A DNA stretch of 63,888 bases, filler included. It is 11 parts of 11 records of this genome, joined end to end, with 100 filler letters (N's around TTAATTAATTAA, not from the genome) between each part and the next. Parts side by side here need not be neighbours in the genome. Positions count along the whole stretch, not along the records: positions 11,601 to 17,112 come from SRR31147125_404012; positions 17,213 to 22,349 come from SRR31147125_406806; 9 more parts are not named here. The stretch is one strand, 5' to 3'. The translations under genes were made by a program, and so were the position numbers. Position 1 is the first letter of the stretch, and each line of letters starts with the position of its first letter. The notes below the pieces were generated by a model that was not told where the DNA came from, made no database searches, and saw nothing but the letters and a program-made list of their open reading frames with translations. Shown one piece after another: positions 13,224 through 22,449 of this stretch.

Positions 13224-13279
13224 GAGCCACGAAGGCACTGGGCAGATCAATATCTGTCCGCGTTTTCGTGGCTTTTTTT
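13224..13279 (+). terminator. Leader (attenuator-type) intrinsic terminator upstream of the first methyltransferase
   Basis: GAGCCACGAA...TTCGTGGCTT stem with inner GGGCAGAT-caat-ATCTGTCC hairpin, followed by a T7 run; ends 26 nt before the ATG at 13306. Confidence 0.65.
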
Positions 13280-13305
13280 ATTTTCTGATGAAAGGAACGA
13301 CACTT

Positions 13306-14031
13306 ATGGCAGAAAAAAAACCGATCAAATCCACCATCAAAAAGTATTGGGATTGGAGAAGCCGCAGCTATGGACTGGATCTGGATCGCTCCATTCAGAC
13401 TGAAAACGGATGGAAGAGCGTCATGGCTCAATTGGCCGATCAAGGCCATGGGAAACGCGCGCTTGACATTGGTACCGGTACCGGACAATTTGCCTTTTAT
13501 CTGGCCAGGCAGGGATACCGGGTCACCGGCATCGATCTCTCCCGAAAGATGATCGAGTGTGCCCGAAAAAGCGCCGAAGAATACGGACTTGACATTGACT
13601 TTCGCACCGGAGATGCCGAGCATCTGGATGTTGAAGACAACCACTTTGACATTGTGGTCTCCAGAAATTTGATGTGGACCCTTCCCAATCCCTCCCAGGC
13701 CGTGAAAGAGTGGCATCGCGTGCTCAAACCCGAAGGGCGGATCATTCTCTCCGACGGATTCTGGCAGAATCACACCTGGAAACGGCTTTACTTTCTGGCA
13801 CGAAAAACCCTCAGGAGCATCTCATCCAGAGCCGGCAGTCTGCCCCTTCGTTTTTTTGCCCACTACTGCACCTTTCAAAACAAACTTCCTTTTTACGAAG
13901 GCGTTCATCACCAGGATGCGGACAGGCTGATGCGCATGGCCTGTTTCCAGGATATCCGATTTTACGATACCGCCGGTTTTGCCCCCTATGGAACGGACAA
14001 ACGGTTTTTCATCGCCTATGCTAACAAATAA
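13306..14031 (+). CDS. Class I SAM-dependent methyltransferase
   Basis: IKKYWDWRSRSY, ALDIGTGTG, GIDLSRKM, GDAEHL, FDIVVSRNLMWTLPNP..A.KEWHRVLKPEG; RBS AAAGGAA. Confidence 0.9.
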   Translation: MAEKKPIKSTIKKYWDWRSRSYGLDLDRSIQTENGWKSVMAQLADQGHGKRALDIGTGTGQFAFYLARQGYRVTGIDLSRKMIECARKSAEEYGLDIDFRTGDAEHLDVEDNHFDIVVSRNLMWTLPNPSQAVKEWHRVLKPEGRIILSDGFWQNHTWKRLYFLARKTLRSISSRAGSLPLRFFAHYCTFQNKLPFYEGVHHQDADRLMRMACFQDIRFYDTAGFAPYGTDKRFFIAYANK

Positions 14032-14767
14032 GATCAAAGCCCATTGGGAGGACCGGGCAGTGACCTATCACTCCAACGTCCGTGCCGATTTCACGGATCC
14101 TCCAATTTATGCACGATGGAAAAGGCTGATATTCCCCCTCCTTGAGTCAGCCGATCCCCTGTGCATACTGGATGCCGGCTGTGGAACCGGCGTCCTTTCC
14201 CATATTGCGGCAACTCACGGGACCCACCGGATTGTGGCGGCGGATCTGTCAAAAAAGATGATCCATATTGCCAAAAGCAATCTTGAACCATGGCAGGATC
14301 GGATTCAATTTCTCTGCCGGGACGTGACCGCACTCCCTTCTTTTCCCGATGCCCATTTCGATCTGATCATCAGCCGCTATTTGGTGTGGACACTGCCCCA
14401 GCCGGAAACTGCTCTGAAAGAGTGGTACCGGCTTCTCAAGCCCGGCGGAAAGGTGGTGATCATCGACGGCAATTGGTATCGGGCATATTACACCTCCCTG
14501 ACGGCCCGGGGCTGGATGAAATGTGTTGATCTATACTATCGGATCCGCAACAGAAAACTTTCCGGTCAGAGGTTGGCTTCTCACTATGCCGCCACCCTGC
14601 CCCATACTCACCTGCTCCGGCCGGATTGGGATGTAGGGCTTTTGACCGGTCTGGGGTTCAAACCGGTGACGATTCAACACAACCTTCACCGTATCATTTA
14701 CGCTGGAAGCATGAAGCAACTCATTTACCCATTCAGTACCCCTTTCATGATCCAAGCAATCAAATAA
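14018..14767 (+). CDS. Class I SAM-dependent methyltransferase (paralogue of the upstream gene)
   Basis: IKAHWEDRAVTY, ILDAGCGTG, FDLIISRYLVWTLPQP..ALKEWYRLLKPGG.V.IIDGNW; overlaps the upstream stop. Confidence 0.9.
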   Translation: MLTNKIKAHWEDRAVTYHSNVRADFTDPPIYARWKRLIFPLLESADPLCILDAGCGTGVLSHIAATHGTHRIVAADLSKKMIHIAKSNLEPWQDRIQFLCRDVTALPSFPDAHFDLIISRYLVWTLPQPETALKEWYRLLKPGGKVVIIDGNWYRAYYTSLTARGWMKCVDLYYRIRNRKLSGQRLASHYAATLPHTHLLRPDWDVGLLTGLGFKPVTIQHNLHRIIYAGSMKQLIYPFSTPFMIQAIK

Positions 14768-14858
14768 GATAACTGACACCATGGCAGCGTACCTGCCGCA
14801 ACATTACAATAGGCGCTCCCTTAAAATTCATTTCAACGTTGAAAAAAGGAACAACACA

Positions 14859-16394
14859 ATGAAACATCGACTATGGCTACTCATTCTTGCTCTTTTTTGC
14901 TGTATATCCTTCTCTGCCTCGCTTCAGGCCTCAGACAGTCCACGCCCCCTCAAAGTGGTGAGTCCCTGGAAAGCCAAAGGAATGAATCTGGACAAATCCG
15001 GATTTATCTTTGCCCGCATGGGATGCATCGAGATGCTCACTACGGCTGAAAAAACAGGCAAGGTCACCGGTCTTCTGGCAAAATCGTGGCAGGTGGCCAA
15101 GGACGGTTGTACCTGGACCTTTACCCTGCGTCCCGGCGTCACCTTTCATGACGGTACCGCCCTGAGTGGCAAAGCCGCCGCCCACACCCTCAACATCGCC
15201 CTGGGCAAAAAAGGCTTACTGAGCAAAGCCAATGTGGTGGAAATTGCCGCCACCGGCCCCATGACCCTGAAAATTGTTACCTCCAAGCCCTTCTCCGCCC
15301 TGCCGGCCTACCTGGCGCACTACAGCAACGGTATTATCTCAAAGGCCTCATTTGATAACAATGGTCATATCAAAACCATATACGGAACCGGTCAATACAA
15401 GCTGACCGGCTTTCAAGGGGACTCCTTGTTCCGATTCAGTGCAAACAGCGACTACTGGGGAGAGGCACCGGGGGTGGCACTTGCCGAATACTATGCCGTT
15501 CCCAAGGGAGAGACCCGGGGATTCATGATGAAAGCCGGACAGGCGGACATGGCCTTTACCCTCTCTCCCATGGATGCCGGACAGCTCACCCAACAGAGCG
15601 ATGTCACTGTGGAGACGTTGAGCATCCCCAGAGCCCGGATGATCGCCCTCAATTGCAGCCTCCCCTTTTTCTCGGATAAACAGGTACGCCGGGCCATTTC
15701 CCTTGCCATCGACCGTTCAGGCATTGCCGCCGCCCTATTGAGAAACCCGCCATCCGCCGCCACCCAGCTGCTGCCGTCCACCGCCTCCATGTGGCACAAT
15801 CCGGATCTTCCCCATTTCTCATTCGATCCTGAAAAGGCGGCTTCCCTTCTGAAAGAAGCGGGATGGGTTCCGGGCAGCGACGGCATTCTTGTCAAAGGGG
15901 GAGAGCGGTTCAGCTTCACCCTCACCACCTATGCGACACGGCCCATGCTCCCGCCGGTGGCCACTGCAGTGCAGGATCAGCTGAAAAAGGTGGGAATCGA
16001 AATGAAGATTGAGATGGGAGAATCCTCCCTGATTCCTGAAAAGCATAAAAAAGGCACACTCCAGGGGGCATTGATGGCCCGAAATTTCGGCCAGATCCCC
16101 GATGCCGTCGGCACCATCTACGGTGATCTCGGTCCGGTGCCCGGTGCCTGGGGTCCTTTGGGATGGCAATCGACTGCTTTGAACGAGACGCTGGCCACCT
16201 ACCTTGCCACATTTGATCAGGATGAGGCCCAAGCGTTGCGAAACAAGGTTCTCGGCATCATTCAAGATGAGCTGCCCATCATTCCCATCACCTGGTATGA
16301 GCATATCGTGGCTTACAGCAACCGTCTGGAGGGTGTGGATATCGATCCCTTCGAGATCCAATCCTATCTCAAGGGGGTTCATTGGAAAAAGTAG
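14859..16394 (+). CDS. ABC transporter substrate-binding protein, family 5 (NikA/DppA/OppA-like), with signal peptide
   Basis: MKHRLWLLILALF...ASLQA signal peptide; LAKSW.V..DG.TWTFTLRPGVTFHDG; VRRAISLAIDR; LLKEAGW..G.DGIL.K.G. Confidence 0.9.
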   Translation: MKHRLWLLILALFCCISFSASLQASDSPRPLKVVSPWKAKGMNLDKSGFIFARMGCIEMLTTAEKTGKVTGLLAKSWQVAKDGCTWTFTLRPGVTFHDGTALSGKAAAHTLNIALGKKGLLSKANVVEIAATGPMTLKIVTSKPFSALPAYLAHYSNGIISKASFDNNGHIKTIYGTGQYKLTGFQGDSLFRFSANSDYWGEAPGVALAEYYAVPKGETRGFMMKAGQADMAFTLSPMDAGQLTQQSDVTVETLSIPRARMIALNCSLPFFSDKQVRRAISLAIDRSGIAAALLRNPPSAATQLLPSTASMWHNPDLPHFSFDPEKAASLLKEAGWVPGSDGILVKGGERFSFTLTTYATRPMLPPVATAVQDQLKKVGIEMKIEMGESSLIPEKHKKGTLQGALMARNFGQIPDAVGTIYGDLGPVPGAWGPLGWQSTALNETLATYLATFDQDEAQALRNKVLGIIQDELPIIPITWYEHIVAYSNRLEGVDIDPFEIQSYLKGVHWKK

Positions 16395-17112
16395 TCCGCT
16401 GCATTGCCTACCGGATTTTTCAGGGGCTGTTTGTGGCCATGGCCGTCTCCACCCTCACCTTTGTGCTCTTGACGGCCATGCCGGGCGATCCAGCGGTGAA
16501 CGTCACCATGGCCCAATATGGTGAAGACGGGCTCGATCAGGCACGGATCGAACAGGTCAGAAAGGCTTCCGGTCTCGACCAATCCCCCTTCACCGATACG
16601 TCAGCTGGATGGGCCATACCCTCTCCTTCAAGCTGGGGTACTCCATGATAACGGGCCGTCCGGTGCGGGAGGTACTGGGGTTCCATCTGGGACTCTCCTT
16701 GAAGCTGGCAGTCAGTGCCATGCTCTTCTCCCTGGCGGTGGCCCTGCCGTTGGGAATGGCCGCCGGGCTCTTGGCAGGATCCTGGGTGGATCATCTCTCA
16801 TCGCTTTTTTCCAGTATCATGGTCTCCCTGCCCGGCTTTGTGGCAGGGGCCCTTTTGATTCTACTTTTGGCCATCCGGATCCGGCTCTTTCCCGCTGCCG
16901 GATTTCATGAACCGACCCACCTGGTGCTGCCGACCATCACCCTGGGTTTGGGACTGGCCGCAGTATCCAGCCGGGTCATCCGCACCGCTGTCGTAGAGGT
17001 GAAACGTGCCTTCTTCCTTCAATTTGCTCGTTTAAAGGGGCTTTCCGACAGAAGGGTTCTCATCCATCACGGCGTGAGAAACGGTGCCGTTCCCGTGATC
17101 ACCTTTCTCTCC
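16382..17112 (+). CDS. ABC permease (NikB/DppB-like); 1-nt deletion at about 16584-16588; 3'-truncated
   Basis: LTFVLLTAMPGDPA, LGYSMITGRPV, HLVLPTITLG, FARLKGLS..RVLIHHGVRN (EAA-loop region). Confidence 0.85.
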
Positions 17113-17212
17113 NNNNNNNNNNNNNNNNNNNNNNNNNNNNNNNNNNNNNNNNNNNNTTAATTAATTAANNNNNNNNNNNNNNNNNNNNNNNNNNNNNNNN
17201 NNNNNNNNNNNN

Positions 17213-18127
17213 GTAAGGTCACTGCTCCGCCGTAAAAATAATCCGAGCTGCCGGATACCCGGGTGATCCGGTGTGACATCAGCCCGCCGGTGCATGACTC
17301 CGCTATCGAGAGGTGCAGACCGGCACCGCGCAAGAGATAACCGACGACGTCCTCGAGTTCGTCGTTGTCCGTCCCGTATATCGAAAGCCCCAGCGTTTTT
17401 TCCAGCTCGACGCAGGCGAGATCGAAGTCCCGCGGTCCGGATTCGTGGTCCTGCTCCCTGATCAGAACGCTGACGTGAACGTCGGGGTAGACCGGGTAGT
17501 AACCGATTTTGATCGTTTCCGGCAGGTTCAGCTTGTTGATTGTGCGGTTGATTTCCGATTCCGCCATTGCGAAGACCTTGTAGATCCGCTGCAGGGTCTG
17601 CAGCGAGGCACCCTCCTGCCACGCGGTCAACTTGGGCAGTACGATCCGGTTCATCAGGTCCATCATCTCGTCGGGGACGCCGGGCAGGAAAAAGATGGGG
17701 GTATTGTTGTGAATCAGCTGATAACCGGCAATTCGCGATTCGGGATCAAACGCCTCTGCCCCGTCCGGCAGCCACGCCAGCTTTTCCAGCGGGTTGTTCG
17801 GGGACACCTGGTTCCTTCCCAGGTGTTCGCGAATCCACGCGAGGATTTTCAGGTCGGGCATGGTCGGCCGGTTGAGAGCCCGGGATACCGCCTCGTTGGT
17901 GATGTCGTCGTCGGTTGACCCGAGCCCGCCGGTGACGATGATGAAATCGACCCTGTCGATGGCCCTGAGCAGTGCCTCTCCGATCAGCGACCGTGTATCG
18001 CCGATGGTACTCATCGCGTGGATGGTATGCCCCGCATCAAAATTTTCCGAGCGGCGAACCCGCTCGTCGTATTCAGTATTCTGCCCGATATCAGTTCGTC
18101 ACCGATTGCTATGATTTCGCCGATCAT
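17213..18127 (-). CDS. cinA: CinA-family competence/damage-inducible protein (NMN deamidase domain); 1-nt deletion near 18040; 3'-truncated
   Basis: MIGEIIAIGDELISGRILNT, then TGGLGSTDDDIT, FLPGVP.EM, SIAESCTGG..SHRITRVSGSSDYF. Confidence 0.9.
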
Positions 18128-18131
18128 CTGC

Positions 18132-19442
18132 TCACACGATTGTCGCTTTTATCGAAGTTCCCGATGGTTCAGTCAGTTTCACGGTAACCGCCCGCTCGGG
18201 CAGTACCTGCGGCATGTCAACCACGACGGGAATGTAGTTGTCCGTGTATCCTTTCAACGTGTTGCCGCTGATTTTTTCCGTTTCCAGAAGAGCTGTCCGC
18301 GTCGAGCCGGTGAAGCGGCTGTAAAACGACAGACGTTTGGTTCGGTCGAGGCGGTGCAGCGCATTAGCACGGGCCTGTTTTATAACTCCGTCAACCTGGT
18401 CGCCAAATTCCGCCGCCCTGGTGCCCGGTCTCCTCGAATACGGAAAAATATGGAGGTAGCTGCAGTCAATAGATTCTATAAGGTTTTTTGAATTATTGAA
18501 ATGTTCTTCGTTCTCCCCCGGAAAACCGACCATGATATCGAGCCCGATAGCGGCGTCGGGGAGCGTCTCCCTGCACCGTTCAATCACCTCGCGGTATTGC
18601 TCTGCCGTGTAGCGTCGATTCATGCGTTTGAGTACCTCGCTGTCTCCGCTCTGCAGCGGGATGTGCAGGTGCGGCATGAGGTTTTCCGTCGATCCGATCA
18701 ACGTCAGCAGGTCATCGGATATTTCCAGGGGCTCGATAGAGGACAGGCGGAATCTCATGTACGGGAACCTGCCGCTCAGACTATCCAATAACGAGACGAT
18801 GTTACAATTATCTGACAGATCGAGTCCGTAGCGCCCCGCGTGAATGCCGGTAACGACGATCTCCCTGTGGCCCGCTTCGGCATACATCGCCGTCTGTGCG
18901 AATACCTGATCGGCCGGAAGGCTTCTGCTCCTGCCGCGGGCGTAAGGGACAATGCAATAGCTGCAGAAACTCTCACAGCCGTCCTGGACCTTCAGGTATG
19001 CCCTGGTCCGTCCCTCGAACCGGTGCACCTGCAGTGGAGCCATTTCGGTGATCGAGGAAACGGGTGAAACATGGACCTGTTGCCCGTTCTCCCCACCGGC
19101 CAGCAGATCGCCGACCAGCTGTCCCTTTCGATCGTTTCCGGCGACTGTCAACCGTGTCGTGTCGATATCCGGGAGCCTGGACAACTCGTCGTACTCGAGC
19201 TGGGCGTGGCATCCGGTGACAACCACCCGGGCTTTGTCGTTGCGTCGCAAAGCCTTCCTGACTTCCCGCCGGGATTCACCGCCGGCCTTGGCGGTAACGG
19301 TGCAGGTATTGATGATGACCAGGTCGGCCTGGCCGAGATCGTCGACGATCTCAATTCCATGGTTTTCGAGATCGCTCTTGAAGGCTGCCGTTTCAAACTG
19401 GTTGACCTTGCAGCCGAGCGTACGGAGGAATGCCTTTTTCAT
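18132..19442 (-). CDS. mtaB: tRNA t6A37 methylthiotransferase MtaB
   Basis: TLGCKVNQFE, INTCTVT, VTGCHAQ, RTRAYLKVQDGCESFCSYCIVPYARG (radical SAM), HIFPYSRRPGT, GYTDNY. Confidence 0.93.
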   Translation of the reverse strand: MKKAFLRTLGCKVNQFETAAFKSDLENHGIEIVDDLGQADLVIINTCTVTAKAGGESRREVRKALRRNDKARVVVTGCHAQLEYDELSRLPDIDTTRLTVAGNDRKGQLVGDLLAGGENGQQVHVSPVSSITEMAPLQVHRFEGRTRAYLKVQDGCESFCSYCIVPYARGRSRSLPADQVFAQTAMYAEAGHREIVVTGIHAGRYGLDLSDNCNIVSLLDSLSGRFPYMRFRLSSIEPLEISDDLLTLIGSTENLMPHLHIPLQSGDSEVLKRMNRRYTAEQYREVIERCRETLPDAAIGLDIMVGFPGENEEHFNNSKNLIESIDCSYLHIFPYSRRPGTRAAEFGDQVDGVIKQARANALHRLDRTKRLSFYSRFTGSTRTALLETEKISGNTLKGYTDNYIPVVVDMPQVLPERAVTVKLTEPSGTSIKATIV

Positions 19443-20497
19443 AACCTGTCGGGAGTATGGGGACCGATTATCTCAGCCGATCCGATGACCCGGTCACCGT
19501 CGTAGAATACGATAAACTGGCCGGGAGTGACCGCTCGCTGCGCTTCGTCGAAGATGACGACCAGCTGCTGATCTTCGTACGATGCAATCGTACACGGCGT
19601 GCCGCGGTGGGTGGAGCGAATCTTAGCCGTTAAACGGCTTCCGGTGCGGGGCGGCTCAGATACCAGCCAGTTTATCTGTGCTGCCTCCAAGCCGGTGGAG
19701 AACAGCTCATCTCCTTTACACACGACCAGCCGGTTCTGTTCTGCGTCGAGCTGCCGGACATACCACGGTGACTGATCGGGCAGCCCGAGGCCGCGCCGCT
19801 GGCCGATGGTGTAGCGGTGCAGCCCGCTGTGCGTGCCGATTTCGTTGCCGTCCATCGTGACGATGGGGCCACGCCTATCCCTATCCGGTGCGGCAAGGCG
19901 GCTGTGCAGATAGTCGGCCACGCTCGTGTTCTTCAGGAAGCAGACGTCCTGGCTCTCGTTGCCCCGGAAACCGGAAAATCCGTGTGCCTCGACCAATCGG
20001 TAGGTCTCTTCCTTGACCATGTTCCCCAGCGGAAAATACAAGTGTGCAAGCTGTCGCCCGGACAAGCGGGCAAGGAAGTAGGACTGGTCTTTCACCGGAT
20101 CCGCTCCCCTGAACAAACCGATCTCCCCATCCACGTCCCTGGTGGTTACATAGTGACCGGTGGCCATCTGTACGGCACCGGTCGTCTTGAGGCGGTCGAG
20201 CAGCAGGCCGCATTTGATATCGCGGTTGCAGATCATACATGGGTTGGGTGTTCTGCCCGCTGCGTATGAGGTGGTGAAATAGTGGAGGACAACCTGTTCG
20301 AACGAGTGTTTGAGATCGACGATCTCCCATGCTATGCCAAGCGTCTCGGCAATGGTACCGACCTGCTCAACCTGGGCGTCAAAGCCGGGCTGGCCGATGT
20401 CCATCAGCAGTCCGTGCACGTCGAACCGCTCCCTGAGGAGGAGGGCACAGGCCGTGGAGTCGACGCCGCCGCTCATGGCAACTGCAATCTGTTTCAT
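19439..20497 (-). CDS. mnmA: tRNA 2-thiouridine(34) synthase MnmA
   Basis: VAMSGGVDS, GRTPNPCMICNRDIK, ATGHY, KDQSYFL, ESQDVCF, YTIGQRRGLG, AVTPGQ. Confidence 0.95.
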   Translation of the reverse strand: MKQIAVAMSGGVDSTACALLLRERFDVHGLLMDIGQPGFDAQVEQVGTIAETLGIAWEIVDLKHSFEQVVLHYFTTSYAAGRTPNPCMICNRDIKCGLLLDRLKTTGAVQMATGHYVTTRDVDGEIGLFRGADPVKDQSYFLARLSGRQLAHLYFPLGNMVKEETYRLVEAHGFSGFRGNESQDVCFLKNTSVADYLHSRLAAPDRDRRGPIVTMDGNEIGTHSGLHRYTIGQRRGLGLPDQSPWYVRQLDAEQNRLVVCKGDELFSTGLEAAQINWLVSEPPRTGSRLTAKIRSTHRGTPCTIASYEDQQLVVIFDEAQRAVTPGQFIVFYDGDRVIGSAEIIGPHTPDRL

Positions 20498-20530
20498 TGA
20501 AATCCTTGCCAACGGTTCGATCGCCGTTAT

Positions 20531-20566
20531 TGTTCTGACTACTGTTCTGACTACTCTTATGACATT
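20531..20566. repeat. 12-bp direct repeat TGTTCTGACTAC x2 plus a degenerate third copy, in the divergent mnmA/U32 intergenic region
   Basis: tgttctgactac tgttctgactac tcttatgacatt. Confidence 0.7.
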
Positions 20567-20662
20567 AAATATGCAGCCTCGGGAGCATTCACCGCAGCAA
20601 AAATGCTACGGTGAATGCTCCTGCAGTATACTGCACAACGCAGGTTCACACGATAAATAACG

Positions 20663-21964
20663 ATGAGCGAAATACAAGGTTCAAATTCCGGTGCACCTTC
20701 CATCCCCGAGCTGCTCGCACCCGCGGGCAGCTTCGAGAAGCTGGTTACGGCCATTCACTACGGGGCCGATGCTGTTTATCTCGGCGGCAAGCGTTTCGGA
20801 TTGCGGGCGAAGGCGTCCAATTTTGACGAAGAGGGGATCAGGCAGGCAGTCGCCTATGCCCATGCGCGCGGGGTGAAGGTCTACGTCACGGTTAACATCA
20901 TCGCCCACAATGCGGATTTCAACGGCCTCGACTCGTACCTGAGAACCCTTGCCGATGCGGAGGTGGACGCACTCATCGTATCGGATCCCGGGATCCTGCA
21001 GCGGGCCCGCATCGAAGTGCCGGAGCTGGCAATTCATCTCTCCACCCAGGCAAATGTTACCAACCTGCACGCTGCTCGTTTCTGGGTAGATCAGGGAGTA
21101 TCCCGGCTCAATCTCGCGCGGGAATTGTCGTTTGCTGAAATTGGCCTGATTCGTGACGGGATCAACGGGGAACTTGAAATTTTCGTGCACGGCGCGCTGT
21201 GCATCAGCTATTCGGGGCGCTGCATGCTCTCCAGCTATATGACGGGCCGTGATGCGAACCGCGGTAGCTGTGCGCACCCGTGCCGCTACAGCTACGCGCT
21301 CGTGGAGGAAAAGCGGCCGGGGGAATATTTCCCTGTAGTCGAGGACGAGCGGGGCACCTACATCTTTAACTCGAGGGACCTGTGCCTGTTGAATAAACTT
21401 CCGGAACTCGTCGCGCTTGGCGCTGATTCTCTGAAGATCGAGGGGAGGATGAAATCGATCTTCTACGTGGGTGGGGTCGTACGGGTTTACCGCGCCGTGC
21501 TTGATTACCTGAAAGCATTGCCCGCTGATGCATGGCAGGAACCGGAGCATATCAAGATCCCCGCGCATTTCCTCTCTGAAATTGAAAAGACCGGAACCCG
21601 TGGAGCGACACAGAATTTTGCCGAATCGAAGCCGGGCCCGGACGACATGCTGTACGACACCTCCCGGGTCGACCAGGAGTATGAACCGGTCGGCGTGGTC
21701 AGGGGAGTGGTGGACTCGAACGCAGGGCTTGATGTGGAGTTGCGCACCGTCTGCCATCGGGGCGATGCGGTGGAGTACATGGACGCCTCGCTCACCAACC
21801 CGCCCTCTATCGTGAAATCAATGTATGGCAAAGACGGGAGTGAAATTGAGCGAGGCAACCCCGGCGACCGGGTTACCTGGATCCTGGAACCGTCTGCGTC
21901 ATCCTGTGCGGTCAACGCGATGTTCCGGAGAAAAAAAGGAAAGGGGAAGACTGGGGCGACTTGA
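20663..21964 (+). CDS. Peptidase U32 family protein (TrhP/YegQ-like, probable tRNA hydroxylation)
   Basis: PELLAPAGS, YGADAVYLGG, HLSTQAN, EIFVHGALCISYSGRCMLS, DANRGSCAHPCRYSY, SLKIEGRMKS. Confidence 0.9.
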   Translation: MSEIQGSNSGAPSIPELLAPAGSFEKLVTAIHYGADAVYLGGKRFGLRAKASNFDEEGIRQAVAYAHARGVKVYVTVNIIAHNADFNGLDSYLRTLADAEVDALIVSDPGILQRARIEVPELAIHLSTQANVTNLHAARFWVDQGVSRLNLARELSFAEIGLIRDGINGELEIFVHGALCISYSGRCMLSSYMTGRDANRGSCAHPCRYSYALVEEKRPGEYFPVVEDERGTYIFNSRDLCLLNKLPELVALGADSLKIEGRMKSIFYVGGVVRVYRAVLDYLKALPADAWQEPEHIKIPAHFLSEIEKTGTRGATQNFAESKPGPDDMLYDTSRVDQEYEPVGVVRGVVDSNAGLDVELRTVCHRGDAVEYMDASLTNPPSIVKSMYGKDGSEIERGNPGDRVTWILEPSASSCAVNAMFRRKKGKGKTGAT

Positions 21965-22069
21965 CATCGAAAGGTTGAACCATATGGTGCTGGGAAAGGA
22001 AATCCGAACCTGACAATCGGCCGGGTTCGGGCTTGAAACTACCCGATCGGAAATTACAAGGAGAGACCA

Positions 22070-22264
22070 ATGGCAACCTACGAATGCTCTAAATGTGGAA
22101 TGGGAGTCAATGCAACATGCGCAAAGTGCGATGCTCCCCTGGTGGATGATTCTCTGAAGCTTGACGACGGCAATGAAGTACAGATCTCCAAATGTCCCAA
22201 CGGACACGGAAAAATCAAGTCCCCGATGTGCTGTGGCCAGGACATGACCTGCACTGTCGACTAA
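22070..22264 (+). CDS. Small 64-aa Cys-rich, putative metal-binding protein
   Basis: Strong RBS AAGGAG; CSKC, CAKC, CPNGH and CCGQDM motifs. Confidence 0.8.
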   Translation: MATYECSKCGMGVNATCAKCDAPLVDDSLKLDDGNEVQISKCPNGHGKIKSPMCCGQDMTCTVD

Positions 22265-22306
22265 CACCTGACCAACAGGCATCGCCAGATGCCATAAGAC
22301 TTACAA

Positions 22307-22338
22307 CGGAGGCGGAATCCACAAGGATTTCGCCTCCG
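22307..22338 (+). terminator. Strong hairpin after the small Cys-rich gene
   Basis: CGGAGGCGGAATCC-acaa-GGATTTCGCCTCCG; U-tract is weak. Confidence 0.55.
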
Positions 22339-22449
22339 CTGCGTTTGGCNNNNNNNNNNNNNNNNNNNNNNNNNNNNNNNNNNNNNNNNNNNNTTAATTA
22401 ATTAANNNNNNNNNNNNNNNNNNNNNNNNNNNNNNNNNNNNNNNNNNNN

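Noticed and set aside
12976-13305. Calling the leader a cobalamin, NiCo or SAM riboswitch
   Set aside because: Core consensus elements (B12 box GGGAA/GCCACTG, NiCo CUGAGCAGG, SAM AUCCAGAG) are not found; only a GGGACAG fragment. Kept as an unassigned candidate.
20681-21757. Long antisense ORFs (e.g. 20681-21757, 39565-40743, 31828-32934, 54929-55930, 59276-60436, 62376-63680)
   Set aside because: They are shadows of real genes in GC-rich DNA, with no recognisable motifs.
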